This document shows positions 17,865 to 27,684 of a DNA stretch of 31,625 bases, piece after piece. The position numbers and the translations under genes are program-made. The notes under the pieces are model-generated. The model did no database searches. It saw only the letters and a program-made list of their open reading frames with translations, and was not told the origin of the DNA. The DNA lies in contig JBBDRO010000032.1 in assembly GCA_040905425.1 (NCBI GenBank), positions 1-31,625 on the forward strand, read 5' to 3'. This DNA comes from Gemmatimonadota bacterium. GTDB lineage: Bacteria > Gemmatimonadota > Gemmatimonadetes > Longimicrobiales > RSA9. The first letter of the stretch is position 1, and each line of letters opens with the position of its first letter.

Positions 17865-17913
17865 CTCGGAAGTATACTCGGAAGCTCAGCTGGGGGGTCA
17901 AGCTTCCGAGTAT
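17865..17913 (-). promoter_or_regulatory. Sigma70-like promoter overlapped by a 13-bp inverted repeat (probable operator) for the AlbA_2 gene
   Basis: Minus strand TTGACC (17896-17901)-N19-TATACT (17871-17876). Perfect inverted repeat ATACTCGGAAGCT (17874-17886) / AGCTTCCGAGTAT (17901-17913). A third CTCGGAAG box at 17865-17872. Confidence 0.6.
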
Positions 17914-17933
17914 TCTGAAGCGGACGGTAGCGC

Positions 17934-20063
17934 CTACCGCACCCGCCGCGCCGCCACGATCCCCACCGCCGGCGTGAGGCGCTGCCCCTCCGCCGGCGCG
18001 GCCTGGATGCGGCGCACCACGTCCATGCCGTCCACCACGCGGCCGAACGCCGCAAAGCCCTGGCCGTCCGGGTTGCGGGCGCCGCCGAAGTCCAGGCTGT
18101 GCTGCGGGCCGATGGCAATGAAGAAGTCCGAGACGGCCGTGTCGGGCCCGCTGCGCGCCATGGAGAGTGCGCCGTCCACGTGCGTGAGGCCCGTCATGCT
18201 GGTGCGCTCCAGGGGGATGCGGCCGAAGCCCTCCGTGCCGGGGCGGCGCCCGGCCTGGATCACCTCGATCCGGATGTCATTGTCCGGCTGGTTGGCGGGC
18301 GTCACCGTTCGGTGGAAGCGCCCGCCCGCGTAGAGCCCCGCATCCACGTAGCGGAGAAAGTTGGCCGCCGTCCGCGGCGCACGGACGCCGTCCACCTCCA
18401 GCAGCACGCTGCCCAGCGCCGTCTCCAGCTCAACCCGCTCCATGCCGGGCCCGTCCACGCCGCGCTCGTGCGTGCGCAGGATGGGGTAGTGCTCGGCGTC
18501 CTCCACACCGCGGTCCAGCACGTTCCAGTGCAGGAAGCCGTCATCGCTGCGGGGCTCGAGCAGCGTGAAGAGGAGGCGGCCGAGCGGCTGGCGGGCGGAC
18601 ACCACCGCCGTGCCGGCGGGCAGCTCCACGGTGGCGGCCTCCCAGGCGCCCCACACCGTGCGCTCCAGGTGCCCCTCGAAGGGCCGGGCGCCCACCGTGG
18701 TGGAGTCGATGCGGAAGCGCTCCACCCGCAGCGTGCGAGGCGCGTCCAGGATGGTGCTCGTGACGCCGTGCACGCCCAGGCGGTCCAGCGCCTCCGCCGC
18801 GGCGGGGCCGGGCGGGATCAGGTACGCCTCGGGCACGCGCTCCATCTCGGTGCCGCGGAAGCCGACGTACTCGGTCATCAGCTGCGGATTCACCACGTCC
18901 AGGCGCCGGTTCATGAGCTCCCCGGAATACGGATTCCGCTCCTGGGTGACCTCCCCCATGAGGATCTCCACCGGCGCGGCCGAGGGCGCGTGCTCGGCGC
19001 GCAGCGCCAGCGTCTGCCCCACCACCGGCGTGGCGTCCAGCTCCTCCGTGATGCGCCGGAGCTCGGTGGCGTGCGCCCGGCTGAAGGCCAGGATCTCCTC
19101 CACGAAGTACCACGTGGCCGCGATGCGCTCCTCGAAGGTGGCGTAGGCGTAGGCCTCACTCAGGATGCCGAAGCGGTTGCGCAGCCCCAGGTAGTTGTTG
19201 CTGAAGCGGGGCTTGTAGTCGAAGGTGTACCAGCCGGCCCGCTCTCCCTGCCCCTGCACGTTGCCGTAATGGTAGAAGTGCCAGCCGTGCTTCTCCCGCA
19301 CCGCCTCGGTCAACTGGGGCAGCCAGCGCTCGCGCAGCAGGGCGTCGATGGCGCCCGGCGTGTTGGGGTGCAGCGGCGGCGCGTACGTGAGGTGGTAGGC
19401 GTGGCGCGTGCCGTTGGTGGTGTGCAGGTCCACGCCCACGTGCGGGTCGTAGGCCGCCAGCATGAGCCCCATCGAGCGGGCGGCGGGGGACTCCACCTTG
19501 GTGTAGTCCCGGTTCAGGTTGAGGCCCTGCGAATTGGGGCGCGTGCCCATGCCGCCCACCGGGCCGTGCTGCCCACGCCGGTTGGTCAGCAGCACGCGCT
19601 CGTTGCCGTCCGCGTTGTAGATGGGGTTGATGAGGATCACCAGCGAGTCGAGCAGCGCCGTGTGCTGCCCCTCCGCCACCTCGCGCAGGAAGCGCAGCAG
19701 CACCTCCTTGCCCTCCACCTCACCCGCGTGGATGCCCCCCTGCAGGAGGACGCGCGTGCGGCCCGTGGCACGCACCGCCGCCGCCGAGCCGTCCCGCACG
19801 TGCCCCACCACCGCCAGCGGCATGGCGCGGCCCTCCATGGTGTAGCCCATGGTCTCCAGGTGGATGAGCGGGCTGGCCGCGGCCGCCGCCTCCAGGATGG
19901 CCATGGCGTCCGCGTAGCGCGTGGTCTCGCGGAAGTCCGTGCGCTCGGGCGCGGTGAGCGGGATCTCCTGCGCCGCGCCCGGGAGCGTGCTGGCGCCGGC
20001 AACCAGGCCGAGTGCCAGGGTGGTGATCAAGCGACGTCGCTTGAAACGGGTTCCCTGCGTCAT
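17934..20063 (-). CDS. Exported M14-family zinc carboxypeptidase fused to a C-terminal cyclophilin-type peptidyl-prolyl isomerase
   Basis: Signal peptide. M14 motifs 'IHAGEVEG', 'NADGNE', 'NLNRD', 'DLHTTNG'. C-terminal ~170 aa has '[12 protein letters not shown]', 'FHRTV', 'VIQAG', 'LSMAR', 'DFFI', '[14 protein letters not shown]' (cyclophilin). Confidence 0.88.
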   Translation of the reverse strand: MTQGTRFKRRRLITTLALGLVAGASTLPGAAQEIPLTAPERTDFRETTRYADAMAILEAAAAASPLIHLETMGYTMEGRAMPLAVVGHVRDGSAAAVRATGRTRVLLQGGIHAGEVEGKEVLLRFLREVAEGQHTALLDSLVILINPIYNADGNERVLLTNRRGQHGPVGGMGTRPNSQGLNLNRDYTKVESPAARSMGLMLAAYDPHVGVDLHTTNGTRHAYHLTYAPPLHPNTPGAIDALLRERWLPQLTEAVREKHGWHFYHYGNVQGQGERAGWYTFDYKPRFSNNYLGLRNRFGILSEAYAYATFEERIAATWYFVEEILAFSRAHATELRRITEELDATPVVGQTLALRAEHAPSAAPVEILMGEVTQERNPYSGELMNRRLDVVNPQLMTEYVGFRGTEMERVPEAYLIPPGPAAAEALDRLGVHGVTSTILDAPRTLRVERFRIDSTTVGARPFEGHLERTVWGAWEAATVELPAGTAVVSARQPLGRLLFTLLEPRSDDGFLHWNVLDRGVEDAEHYPILRTHERGVDGPGMERVELETALGSVLLEVDGVRAPRTAANFLRYVDAGLYAGGRFHRTVTPANQPDNDIRIEVIQAGRRPGTEGFGRIPLERTSMTGLTHVDGALSMARSGPDTAVSDFFIAIGPQHSLDFGGARNPDGQGFAAFGRVVDGMDVVRRIQAAPAEGQRLTPAVGIVAARRVR

Positions 20064-20467
20064 TCGTCCTCCTCCTTGCGCGGCTCCAGCTCCAGCGCCG
20101 CCGAGTTGATGCAGAAGCGCATGCCCGTGGGCTCGGGGCCGTCGGGGAAGACGTGCCCCAGGTGGGCGTCACAGCGCGCGCACAACACTTCCGTGCGCTT
20201 CATGAGAAAGCTCCGGTCGTCCTCGGTGGTGACGTGCTCGGCGTCCACGGGGCGCGTGAAGCTGGGCCAGCCGGAGCCCGAGTCGTACTTGTGCTCCGAG
20301 GCGAAGAGCGGTGCGCCGCAGCAGGTGCAGCGGTAGGTGCCGGGCGTTTTCTCGTCATTGTACCTGCCGCTGAAGGCCCGCTCCGTGCCCTTGCGGCGGG
20401 TGATCATGTAAGTCTCGTCGTCCAGCTCCGCACGCCACTCCGCGTCACTCTTGCGGATCTTCTCCAT
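20060..20467 (-). CDS. msrB: Peptide-methionine (R)-S-oxide reductase
   Basis: 'GTERAFSG', CxxC pairs, '[11 protein letters not shown]', '[10 protein letters not shown]', 'RFCINSAAL'. ATG at 20467. Confidence 0.96.
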   Translation of the reverse strand: MEKIRKSDAEWRAELDDETYMITRRKGTERAFSGRYNDEKTPGTYRCTCCGAPLFASEHKYDSGSGWPSFTRPVDAEHVTTEDDRSFLMKRTEVLCARCDAHLGHVFPDGPEPTGMRFCINSAALELEPRKEEDE

Positions 20468-20481
20468 GGGTTCTCCCGCGT

Positions 20482-21270
20482 TCAGGCCAGTAGCTCGCCG
20501 CGCATGACGGTGACGGCCCGGCCGCCCAGACGCACACGGTCCCCCTCCACGGTCACGCGCACCTCCCCGCCGCGCGCGGAGACCTGGTAGCCGGTGAGCT
20601 GGTCGCGGCCCAGGCGCTCGGCCCAGTAGGGGCCCAGGGCGCAGTGCGCGGAGCCCGTCACCGGGTCCTCGTCCACGCCGGCGGCGGGGGCAAAGAAGCG
20701 GGACACGAAGTCGTGGGCGCCCTCGTCGCGCGCGGTCACGATGATGCCGCGGGCGGCCAGCTGCGCGAGCGCCGGGATGTTCGGGCGGAGCGCCCGCACC
20801 TCGGCGGCCGTGGCCAGCTCCACCAGGTAGTCGAAGCGGTTGCGGCCCACCCAGACCACGTCCAGCGAGAGGGCGGCCAGGAGCGCCTCCGGCGGGTCCA
20901 CCCGGGCAGGAGGCTCGGAGGGGAAGTCCAGCTCGATCCATTCACCCGCGCGCTGGGCAGTGAGCAGGCCGCTCCGCGTATGGAAGCGCGCCGTGGCCGT
21001 GGGGGGGAGGTGATCGTCCTCCCAGAGCACGTGGGCGCTGGCCAGGGTGGCGTGGCCGCACAGGTCCACCTCCGTGGTCGGGGTGAACCAGCGCAGTCCC
21101 CAGCCGTCGTCCTGGGGGAGGAGGAAGGCGGTCTCCGACAGGTTCATCTCACGCGCCACCGCCCGCATCCACAGCTCCGCGCGGGGCGCGTCGAGGACGC
21201 ACACTCCGGCGGGGTTGCCGGTGTAGGGGGCGGAGGCGAATGCGTCCACCTGAACAATGAGCTGGCTCAC
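20482..21270 (-). CDS. PhzF-family (phenazine biosynthesis-like) isomerase
   Basis: 'VDAF...GNPAGV', 'EMNLSETAF', '[19 protein letters not shown]', 'EDPVTGSAH'. GTG 21270 after GGAG. Confidence 0.93.
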   Translation of the reverse strand: MSQLIVQVDAFASAPYTGNPAGVCVLDAPRAELWMRAVAREMNLSETAFLLPQDDGWGLRWFTPTTEVDLCGHATLASAHVLWEDDHLPPTATARFHTRSGLLTAQRAGEWIELDFPSEPPARVDPPEALLAALSLDVVWVGRNRFDYLVELATAAEVRALRPNIPALAQLAARGIIVTARDEGAHDFVSRFFAPAAGVDEDPVTGSAHCALGPYWAERLGRDQLTGYQVSARGGEVRVTVEGDRVRLGGRAVTVMRGELLA

Positions 21271-21409
21271 GGTTTCACTCCGGATAGGCCACGGTCCTTC
21301 CAGCCACGGCGGCCGGCAGCCCAATGTAGCGCGCCCTCCCGGCCCGGCGCACCCCGCGCCCGGCCGCGGGCTGTGCGCCGTCCCGCCCCGGTGGCATATT
21401 GCGGGGATT

Positions 21410-21438
21410 CCAACCCTTCGTGGCGCCGCCCTGTCAAA
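21410..21438 (+). promoter_or_regulatory. Putative ECF-sigma autoregulatory promoter
   Basis: CCAACCC-N16-GTCAAA has the AAC/GTC cores and spacing typical of sigmaE-like promoters, just upstream of the ECF gene. Confidence 0.55.
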
Positions 21439-21462
21439 CAGGTCGGAAATCGGAGCGCAACC

Positions 21463-22032
21463 GTGGGGGACGGGCCCTTGGTCAGTACACTGAGCACAGC
21501 CGCCGAGCCGACCGCGGCCGAACTGGATCGGGTCGACGTGGCGCGGGCCGCCGCGGGGGATATGGCCGCCTTCGAGCGGGTCTACCGCCGGCACGCCGGG
21601 CGTATCCACGGCCTGGTGCGGCGCATGATGGGTCCGGCGGAGGCGGATGACGTGACGCAGGAGATCTTCGTGCGGGCGTGGCGCAAGCTGGAGCTCTTCC
21701 GCGGGGAGGCGGCCTTCAGCACCTGGCTGCACCGCCTGGCGGTGAACGTCATCCTGGCGCGGCGGCAGCAGGCGGTGCGGCACCATGAGCGCTTCGGCGC
21801 CGAGAAGCCGCCCCCCGGGCGGCGCCCCGGCCGCCGGGACACCACGGGGCTGAGGATGGATCTGGAGGCGGCCATGGCCCGGCTGCCGGAGGGCGCTCGG
21901 CGGATCTTCGTGCTGCACGACGTGGAGGGCTACACGCACGAGGAGATCGGCCAGCTGCTGGACGTGGCACCGGGCACGTCGAAGTCCCAGTTGCACCGCG
22001 CGCGCATGACGCTGCGCGACTACCTGACGTAG
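21463..22032 (+). CDS. ECF RNA polymerase sigma factor
   Basis: Region 2 'ADDVTQEIFVRAWRKL..FRGEAAFSTWLHRLAVN' and region 4 'FVLHDVEGYTHEEIGQLLDVAPGTSKSQLHRAR'. Start uncertain (GTG 21463 or TTG 21478). Confidence 0.93.
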   Translation: MGDGPLVSTLSTAAEPTAAELDRVDVARAAAGDMAAFERVYRRHAGRIHGLVRRMMGPAEADDVTQEIFVRAWRKLELFRGEAAFSTWLHRLAVNVILARRQQAVRHHERFGAEKPPPGRRPGRRDTTGLRMDLEAAMARLPEGARRIFVLHDVEGYTHEEIGQLLDVAPGTSKSQLHRARMTLRDYLT

Positions 22033-22042
22033 AGGTGAAGGC

Positions 22043-22705
22043 ATGAACCAGGATCCCTGGACGGACCGGGTGTCCGCCTACGCGGACGACGACATGGAGG
22101 CCGCGGAGCGCGCGGCGCTGGAGGCGCACCTCCGGACGTGCGCCGCGTGCCGTGGCGTGCTGGCCGATGTGCGGGCGCTGCGGGAGGCGGCCACCGCGCT
22201 GGAGAACCCACCGCCGTCCCGGGATCTGTGGCCCGGCATCGCGGCACGCATCCGCGAGGATGGCGCGCGCGTGCTGCCGTTCGAGCCGCGGCGAACGCGC
22301 TGGACGGCGCCGCGCCTGGCCGCCGCCGCCCTGGCCATCGTGGCGCTCGGCAGCGCCGGACTGTGGCTGACGCGGGCGGCCGGGCCGGGGCCCGCAGCGC
22401 CGGGGACCCCGGGCACGCAGGTGGTGCTCACGGCCGCGCTGCCGGCCGTGGGGGAGCAGGACTACGAAGTGGCCCTAGAGCGCCTGGAGCGGACGCTGGA
22501 CGCGCGCCGCGAGGGACTGGATCCCGCCACGGTGCGGGTCATCGACCAGAGCATGGCCATCATCGACGCGGCGCTCGCGGACGCGGAGCAGGCGCTGGAG
22601 CGGGATCCGGGGAGCGCGTATCTGAATCGTCATTACGACGCCACGATGCGCAAGAAGATCGATCTGATGCGACGGGCGGCGGACGCCACCCGCGCGGTGA
22701 GCTGA
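22043..22705 (+). CDS. Zinc-binding (zf-HC2/ZAS) membrane anti-sigma factor
   Basis: HxxxCxxC motif (HLRTCAAC), one transmembrane helix, directly after the ECF sigma gene. Confidence 0.9.
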   Translation: MNQDPWTDRVSAYADDDMEAAERAALEAHLRTCAACRGVLADVRALREAATALENPPPSRDLWPGIAARIREDGARVLPFEPRRTRWTAPRLAAAALAIVALGSAGLWLTRAAGPGPAAPGTPGTQVVLTAALPAVGEQDYEVALERLERTLDARREGLDPATVRVIDQSMAIIDAALADAEQALERDPGSAYLNRHYDATMRKKIDLMRRAADATRAVS

Positions 22706-22730
22706 CGCCGGCTCGATAGAGGAGGAGAAC

Positions 22731-23597
22731 ATGGTGAGCGCACTCGTGCTGGGGGTGGCCCTGCTGGCGGCCCCGCAGCAACAGACCGATACCACCTTTG
22801 CCGTGAACGCCGGCGGACGGCTGGACGTGGACCTGCTGGCGGGCCAGGTGCGCGTGGAGAGCTGGGAGCGCAACGCCGTGCGCGTACGGGCCACCCACGA
22901 CGGCACCATGGAGGTGGACATCCGCCACGGCGGGGACGTGGTCCGCGTGGAGGCGGAGGCGCGGCGGGGGCCGCCGTCACCCGTGACGTTCCTCATCACG
23001 GTACCGCGCAGCTACGGTGTGAACGTCGACGGCCTGTCCGCACCCGTGGAGGTGCACAACGTGGATGGCAACCTGGCGGTGGAGACCGTCAACGGGCCCG
23101 TCACCGTGGTCGGCGGGCGCGGGCGGCTCGAACTGCAGACCACGAACGGCGCCGTCACGGTGCGCGGCGCGCGCGGCAGCGTCCGGGCGGGCACGGTGAA
23201 CCAGGGCATCACGCTGGAGGACGTGGAGGGTGACGTGCAGGCGCAGGCCGTCAACGGCCACATCTCCATGCAGAACGTGCGTGCCCGCGCGGTGGACGCC
23301 GAGACCGTGAACGGCAGCGTAAGCTACCGGGGCGCCATCCAGGAGAACGGGCGCTACCGCTTCTCCACGCACAACGGCGGCGTCACCCTGCACGTGCCGG
23401 CGGGCGTCAGCGCCACCTTCAGCGTGGCCACGGAGAACGGCACCTTCGACTCGGACTTCCCCGTGCAGATGCAGGGCCGCAGGCGCGGTGACCGCGCCAC
23501 GTTCACCCTGGGCAGCGGCAGCGCGCGGGTGGAGATGGAGTCCTTTGGCGGGCGCATCGAGCTGCGCCGGATCGGCGGCGGGCAGGACCAGCGGTAG
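22731..23597 (+). CDS. Exported DUF4097 / adhesin-like beta-repeat protein
   Basis: Signal peptide, repeated 'TVNG' units, GAGGAG RBS. Confidence 0.85.
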   Translation: MVSALVLGVALLAAPQQQTDTTFAVNAGGRLDVDLLAGQVRVESWERNAVRVRATHDGTMEVDIRHGGDVVRVEAEARRGPPSPVTFLITVPRSYGVNVDGLSAPVEVHNVDGNLAVETVNGPVTVVGGRGRLELQTTNGAVTVRGARGSVRAGTVNQGITLEDVEGDVQAQAVNGHISMQNVRARAVDAETVNGSVSYRGAIQENGRYRFSTHNGGVTLHVPAGVSATFSVATENGTFDSDFPVQMQGRRRGDRATFTLGSGSARVEMESFGGRIELRRIGGGQDQR

Positions 23598-23645
23598 TGT
23601 GGAAGAGCGAGCGATGCGGAACACCGAGCAATGGAGAGATGAACG

Positions 23646-24434
23646 ATGATGACAGCCAGAATCTGGAGCGGAGTCGCGCTGGTGGCCCTGGCGGGGCTGG
23701 GCGTGGCGCCGCAGGCGCAGGCGCAGGACTTCAACTGGGCGGGGCAGGTGGCCGATGGCGGCACGCTCGAGGTGCGCGGGGTGAACGGTGCCGTGCGGGC
23801 GCAGCGCGCCACGGGTGGCCAGGCGCGCGTCACGGCCACCAAGGAGGGGCGCCGCGACGATCCGTCCAGCGTGCGCATCGAGGTGGTGGAGCATGCCGGT
23901 GGGGTCACGTTGTGCGCCATCTATCCCACGCCGGAGAACGCCTCCCAGCCCAACACGTGCACGCCGGGCGGTGGGCGCAACAGCGTGCAGAACAATGACG
24001 TGAAGGTGGAGTTCACCGTCTGGGTGCCGGACAACGTGCGCTTCGCGGGGCACACGGTGAACGGCGGCATCGAGGCGCGCGCGCTGCGCGGGCCCGCCGA
24101 GCTGCGCACGGTGAACGGCAGCATCGACGTGGAAACCGCCGGCACGGCGGAGGCGCATACGGTCAACGGCGGCATCCGGGCCCGGGTGGGCAGCGTGGCC
24201 GGCAGCGGCACGCTCAGCTTCGAGACCGTGAACGGGGAGGTGGAGGTGTGGATCCCCGCCGGCGCGGCCATGGACGTCAACGCCGGCACCGTGAACGGGG
24301 ACATCGAGACGGACTTCCCGCTGAGCGTGCAGGGCCGCTGGGGGCCCCGCACCATGAAGGGCACCATCAACGGCGGCGGGCGCGCGCTGCGCCTGAATAC
24401 GGTGAACGGGGACATTTCCCTGCACCGTGGCTGA
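23646..24434 (+). CDS. Second exported DUF4097-family protein
   Basis: Signal peptide (…AQAQ-D), repeated 'TVNG' units, 'GTINGGGRALRLNTVNGDI'. Confidence 0.85.
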   Translation: MMTARIWSGVALVALAGLGVAPQAQAQDFNWAGQVADGGTLEVRGVNGAVRAQRATGGQARVTATKEGRRDDPSSVRIEVVEHAGGVTLCAIYPTPENASQPNTCTPGGGRNSVQNNDVKVEFTVWVPDNVRFAGHTVNGGIEARALRGPAELRTVNGSIDVETAGTAEAHTVNGGIRARVGSVAGSGTLSFETVNGEVEVWIPAGAAMDVNAGTVNGDIETDFPLSVQGRWGPRTMKGTINGGGRALRLNTVNGDISLHRG

Positions 24435-24437
24435 GTC

Positions 24438-25187
24438 TCAGCCTGGCGGCAGCTCCCGCACGAAGGCCGCCACCGCCCCCGTGAACGCCTCCGGGTCCTC
24501 CCGGGGCAGGGCGTGGGTGGCGCGGGGCACCACCTGATAGCGGACATCCGGAAGGCGCTGCCTGAGCAGACTCAGGTAGCGCCTTCCTGGTACGGGGTCG
24601 CGCCCGCCCGCCAGGATGAGCGTGGGGGCGCTGACCCGCGCCGCGTGGACGGTGGGATCGTCGGCGGCGCCGCGCAGCCAGGTGCCGATCACGCGCAACG
24701 GGTTGTTGGTGGCGTACTCGCGCAGGGTGGCCAGGGTGAGGGCGGGCGGCACGCGCAGCGCGGTGAGCCCCAGGGCGCCGAGCTGGCGCAGGCGCAGCAG
24801 GCGGGCGGGCCCGCCGGAGGGCGCCGCCAGCACCAGGCCGCGGGCGGCGTGCGGATGGTCCGCTGCCAGCCGGAGCGCCACCTGGGCGCCCAGCGAGTGC
24901 CCCACCCAGACGGCGGCGCCGAGGCCCAGCGCCCGGGAGAAATCGTGGTGGAAGGCGGCCAGGTCGGGGACGCTCCGCCCCCACAGCGCGCCCGGCGTGG
25001 CGCCGAAGCCCGGCGGGTCGGCCACCAGCAGGCGGAGCCCGGCGGCCGCGAAGCCGTCCGCCAGCCCCTCGTAGAAACGGCCCGAGAGCCCCAGCCCGGT
25101 GATCAGTACAACGGGTGGACCCGCCCCCGTTTCCCGGTAAGCGACGTTCGTCCCGTCCACCGCCACGCGCGCCTCACGAAAACTCAC
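24438..25187 (-). CDS. Alpha/beta-fold hydrolase
   Basis: GHSLG nucleophile elbow, 'DPPGFG', C-terminal Asp/His. GTG 25187 overlaps the upstream stop (GTGA). Confidence 0.88.
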   Translation of the reverse strand: MSFREARVAVDGTNVAYRETGAGPPVVLITGLGLSGRFYEGLADGFAAAGLRLLVADPPGFGATPGALWGRSVPDLAAFHHDFSRALGLGAAVWVGHSLGAQVALRLAADHPHAARGLVLAAPSGGPARLLRLRQLGALGLTALRVPPALTLATLREYATNNPLRVIGTWLRGAADDPTVHAARVSAPTLILAGGRDPVPGRRYLSLLRQRLPDVRYQVVPRATHALPREDPEAFTGAVAAFVRELPPG

Positions 25188-25930
25188 CGTTCGGGCGCCT
25201 CCAGGAAGTCCAGCACCACGCGGTTGAACTCCAGCGGCCGGTCCGCCATGGCGTTGTGGGCCGCGTCGGCCAGCACCACCAGGCGGGCGTCGGGGAGGGC
25301 CTCGGCCATGGCCTGGCCGTGCTCCACCGGGATGAGGGGGTCGAGCGCGCCCCACACCAGCAGCGTCTGGTTGGTGACGCGCGGCAGGAGCGGGCGCACG
25401 TCATCGGTGAGCAGGTCCGTGGCGGCGCGCAGCAGCGTGCGCGGCCCGGCGCGCAGGGCGTCCGCGGCCACCGTGAAGTGGAAGGCCGGGGTGCCCCACG
25501 CGCGCGGCGGCAGGGCGCCGGCCAGGAAGCGCGCCGCCTCGGTGAGCGCCAGGGGGCGCGGAATACCCGTGGCGGCGGCCAGCACCAGGCGGCGCACCCG
25601 CTCCGGCTCGGCGGCGCACAGGTGGAGGGCAATCTGCCCGCCCATGGAGTGGCCGATGAGGTGCGGGCGCTCGATCCTGAGTTCGTCCATCCAGTCCCGC
25701 ACCGCCGCCGTCATCTCGGCGATGCCCGCCCGTCGGGGCCCCGGCCGGGTGGCGCCGAAGCCCACCAGCTCGGGGACGTGCACACGGAACTCCCGCGCCA
25801 GCACGGGGAGCGTGTAGCGCCACCAGCGCGAGGAGCCGGCCAGCCCGTGCAGCAGCACCACGGGCGGGCCCGCCCCGCCGTGGACGGAGTGGATGCGCAC
25901 GTCCCCCACGGTGGTGAAGGCCCGCTCCAT
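25184..25930 (-). CDS. Alpha/beta-fold hydrolase
   Basis: 'LLHGLAGS', GHSMGG, 'VWGALDP', 'AAH'. Confidence 0.9.
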   Translation of the reverse strand: MERAFTTVGDVRIHSVHGGAGPPVVLLHGLAGSSRWWRYTLPVLAREFRVHVPELVGFGATRPGPRRAGIAEMTAAVRDWMDELRIERPHLIGHSMGGQIALHLCAAEPERVRRLVLAAATGIPRPLALTEAARFLAGALPPRAWGTPAFHFTVAADALRAGPRTLLRAATDLLTDDVRPLLPRVTNQTLLVWGALDPLIPVEHGQAMAEALPDARLVVLADAAHNAMADRPLEFNRVVLDFLEAPER

Positions 25931-25932
25931 GG

Positions 25933-27588
25933 CTACGGGGTGCCCCAGCCGCCACCGCCGGGGGACCGGATGCTCAGCACGCTCCCGGCGGGCGCCCGGA
26001 AGGTCACCTTGCCGGGCAGCACTTCCTCCTTCGTCCCGTGCAGCAGGCGGTTCTCCCCGAGCGCGCCGTCGCCGCCGCCGGCCAGGCCACGGGGCGGCAC
26101 GGTGCGGCGCTCGGTGAGCAGGCTCACCTCCGCGTCGGCCAGCAGCTCCACATCCCGGCGCAGTCCGTCGCCGCCCGGATGGCGGCCCGTGCCGCCCGTG
26201 CCCCGGCGCACCTCGTAGCGCCAGACGCGCACCGGGTAGGCGTGCTCCAGCGCCTCGATGGGCGTGTTCAGCGAATTGCTCATGTGCACGTGTACCCCGG
26301 AGAGGCCCGGCCCGCCCGGCCCTCCGCCCATCCCGCCCCCCATGGTCTCGTAGTAGGCGAAAGGGGCGCCCGTGCGCGGATCCAGACCGCCCACGGTGAG
26401 GTTGTTCATGGTGCCCTGGGACTGCGCCGGGATGACGTTGGGCAGGGCGCGCCCGAAGGCGGCCAGCACCACGTCCGTGATGCGCTGGGAGGTCTCCACG
26501 TTGCCGGCCGCCACGCTGGCCGGCGGGCGCGCCGCCACAATGGAGCCCGCGGGCGTGAGCACGCGCACCGCCTCCATGGCACCGCCGCCGGCCGGCAGCC
26601 CCTCGCCGAGCAGCGCCTCCACCACGCAGCGCACCACGTAGCGCACGGCCGAGGTGGTGATGGCCGCCACGGCGTTCACGCCCCCCTGCGTCTGCGGCGC
26701 GGAGCCCGCGAAGTCCGCCTCCAGCGTGCCGTCCCGGACGGTGAGGCGCACCCGGATGGGGAGCGGGCCCGAGCCGAAGCCGTCATCCTCGAGGGCGTCC
26801 TCGGCCTCGTAGCTGCCCTCCGGCACCAGCCGCAGCCCCTGACGCACCAGCCGGTCGGCGTACGCCAGCAGCGCCGCCATGGCCGCGCGCACCTCGGGCT
26901 GGCCGCGGGAGGCCACCAGTTCGTGCAGGCGCCGCTCCCCGGTGGCGAGCGCCGCGAGTTGCGCGGCCAGGTCCCCGCGGCGCTCGTCGGGCGTGCGCAC
27001 GTTGGCCGCCAGGACGCGCCAGATGTCCTCCACCCGCCGGCCGCCGGCCACCAGGCGCACCGGCGGCAGGCGCAGCCCCTCCTGGTAGATCTCGCGCGCC
27101 AGCGGCATGGACCCCGGCGTCATCCCGCCCACGTCCGCGTGGTGCGCCCGGGCGGCCAGGTAGGCCACGGGCATGGCCGGCGCGTCGGCGCCGGCCGGAG
27201 GAACGGAAGGTGAGGCGTCATCGTCGCCTGGAACACGAGCGTAGACGGGGGCTACCAACGTGATGTCGGGCAGGTGGGTGCCGCCGGCAAAGGGGTCATT
27301 CAGCGCGGCCACGTCCCCCGGCGCGAGCGGGCCCAGCGCGTCCAGCGCCGCGGCCACGCTCATGGGCATGGCCCCCAGGTGGACGGGCATGTGATCACCC
27401 ATGGCCACCACCCGGGCCGCGCCGTCGAAGAGGGCGCACGAGTAGTCCCGGCGCTCCTTGATATTGGGCGAGTGCGCGGCGCCCCGGAGCGCCGCCCCCA
27501 TCTCCTCCGCCAGGGCGGTGAACTGGTGCCGGTAGATCTCCAGCCGCACCGCGTCCAGGACGTCCCCGGGCCTTTCCACGAGAGCCAT
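25933..27588 (-). CDS. Hydantoinase B / 5-oxoprolinase beta-subunit family protein
   Basis: 'AEEMG..L..AAHSPNIKERRDYSCALFD', 'PVHLGAM', 'NDPFAGGTHLPD', 'HHADVGG', 'YYETMGGG', C-terminal 'PGGGGWG'. Confidence 0.93.
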   Translation of the reverse strand: MALVERPGDVLDAVRLEIYRHQFTALAEEMGAALRGAAHSPNIKERRDYSCALFDGAARVVAMGDHMPVHLGAMPMSVAAALDALGPLAPGDVAALNDPFAGGTHLPDITLVAPVYARVPGDDDASPSVPPAGADAPAMPVAYLAARAHHADVGGMTPGSMPLAREIYQEGLRLPPVRLVAGGRRVEDIWRVLAANVRTPDERRGDLAAQLAALATGERRLHELVASRGQPEVRAAMAALLAYADRLVRQGLRLVPEGSYEAEDALEDDGFGSGPLPIRVRLTVRDGTLEADFAGSAPQTQGGVNAVAAITTSAVRYVVRCVVEALLGEGLPAGGGAMEAVRVLTPAGSIVAARPPASVAAGNVETSQRITDVVLAAFGRALPNVIPAQSQGTMNNLTVGGLDPRTGAPFAYYETMGGGMGGGPGGPGLSGVHVHMSNSLNTPIEALEHAYPVRVWRYEVRRGTGGTGRHPGGDGLRRDVELLADAEVSLLTERRTVPPRGLAGGGDGALGENRLLHGTKEEVLPGKVTFRAPAGSVLSIRSPGGGGWGTP

Positions 27589-27684
27589 TCTACCCTATAT
27601 TATAGGACTGAAGACGGACGCGGAAAACCGCCCGGGGACCGACCCCGTTCGGACCGCCGGAAATCCCTGCGACGGAGGTATGTG

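Noticed and set aside
2297..17933. CRISPR-associated transposon or integrative element
   Set aside because: No tnsA/B/C, tniQ, integrase or terminal repeats visible, and cas3 is present.
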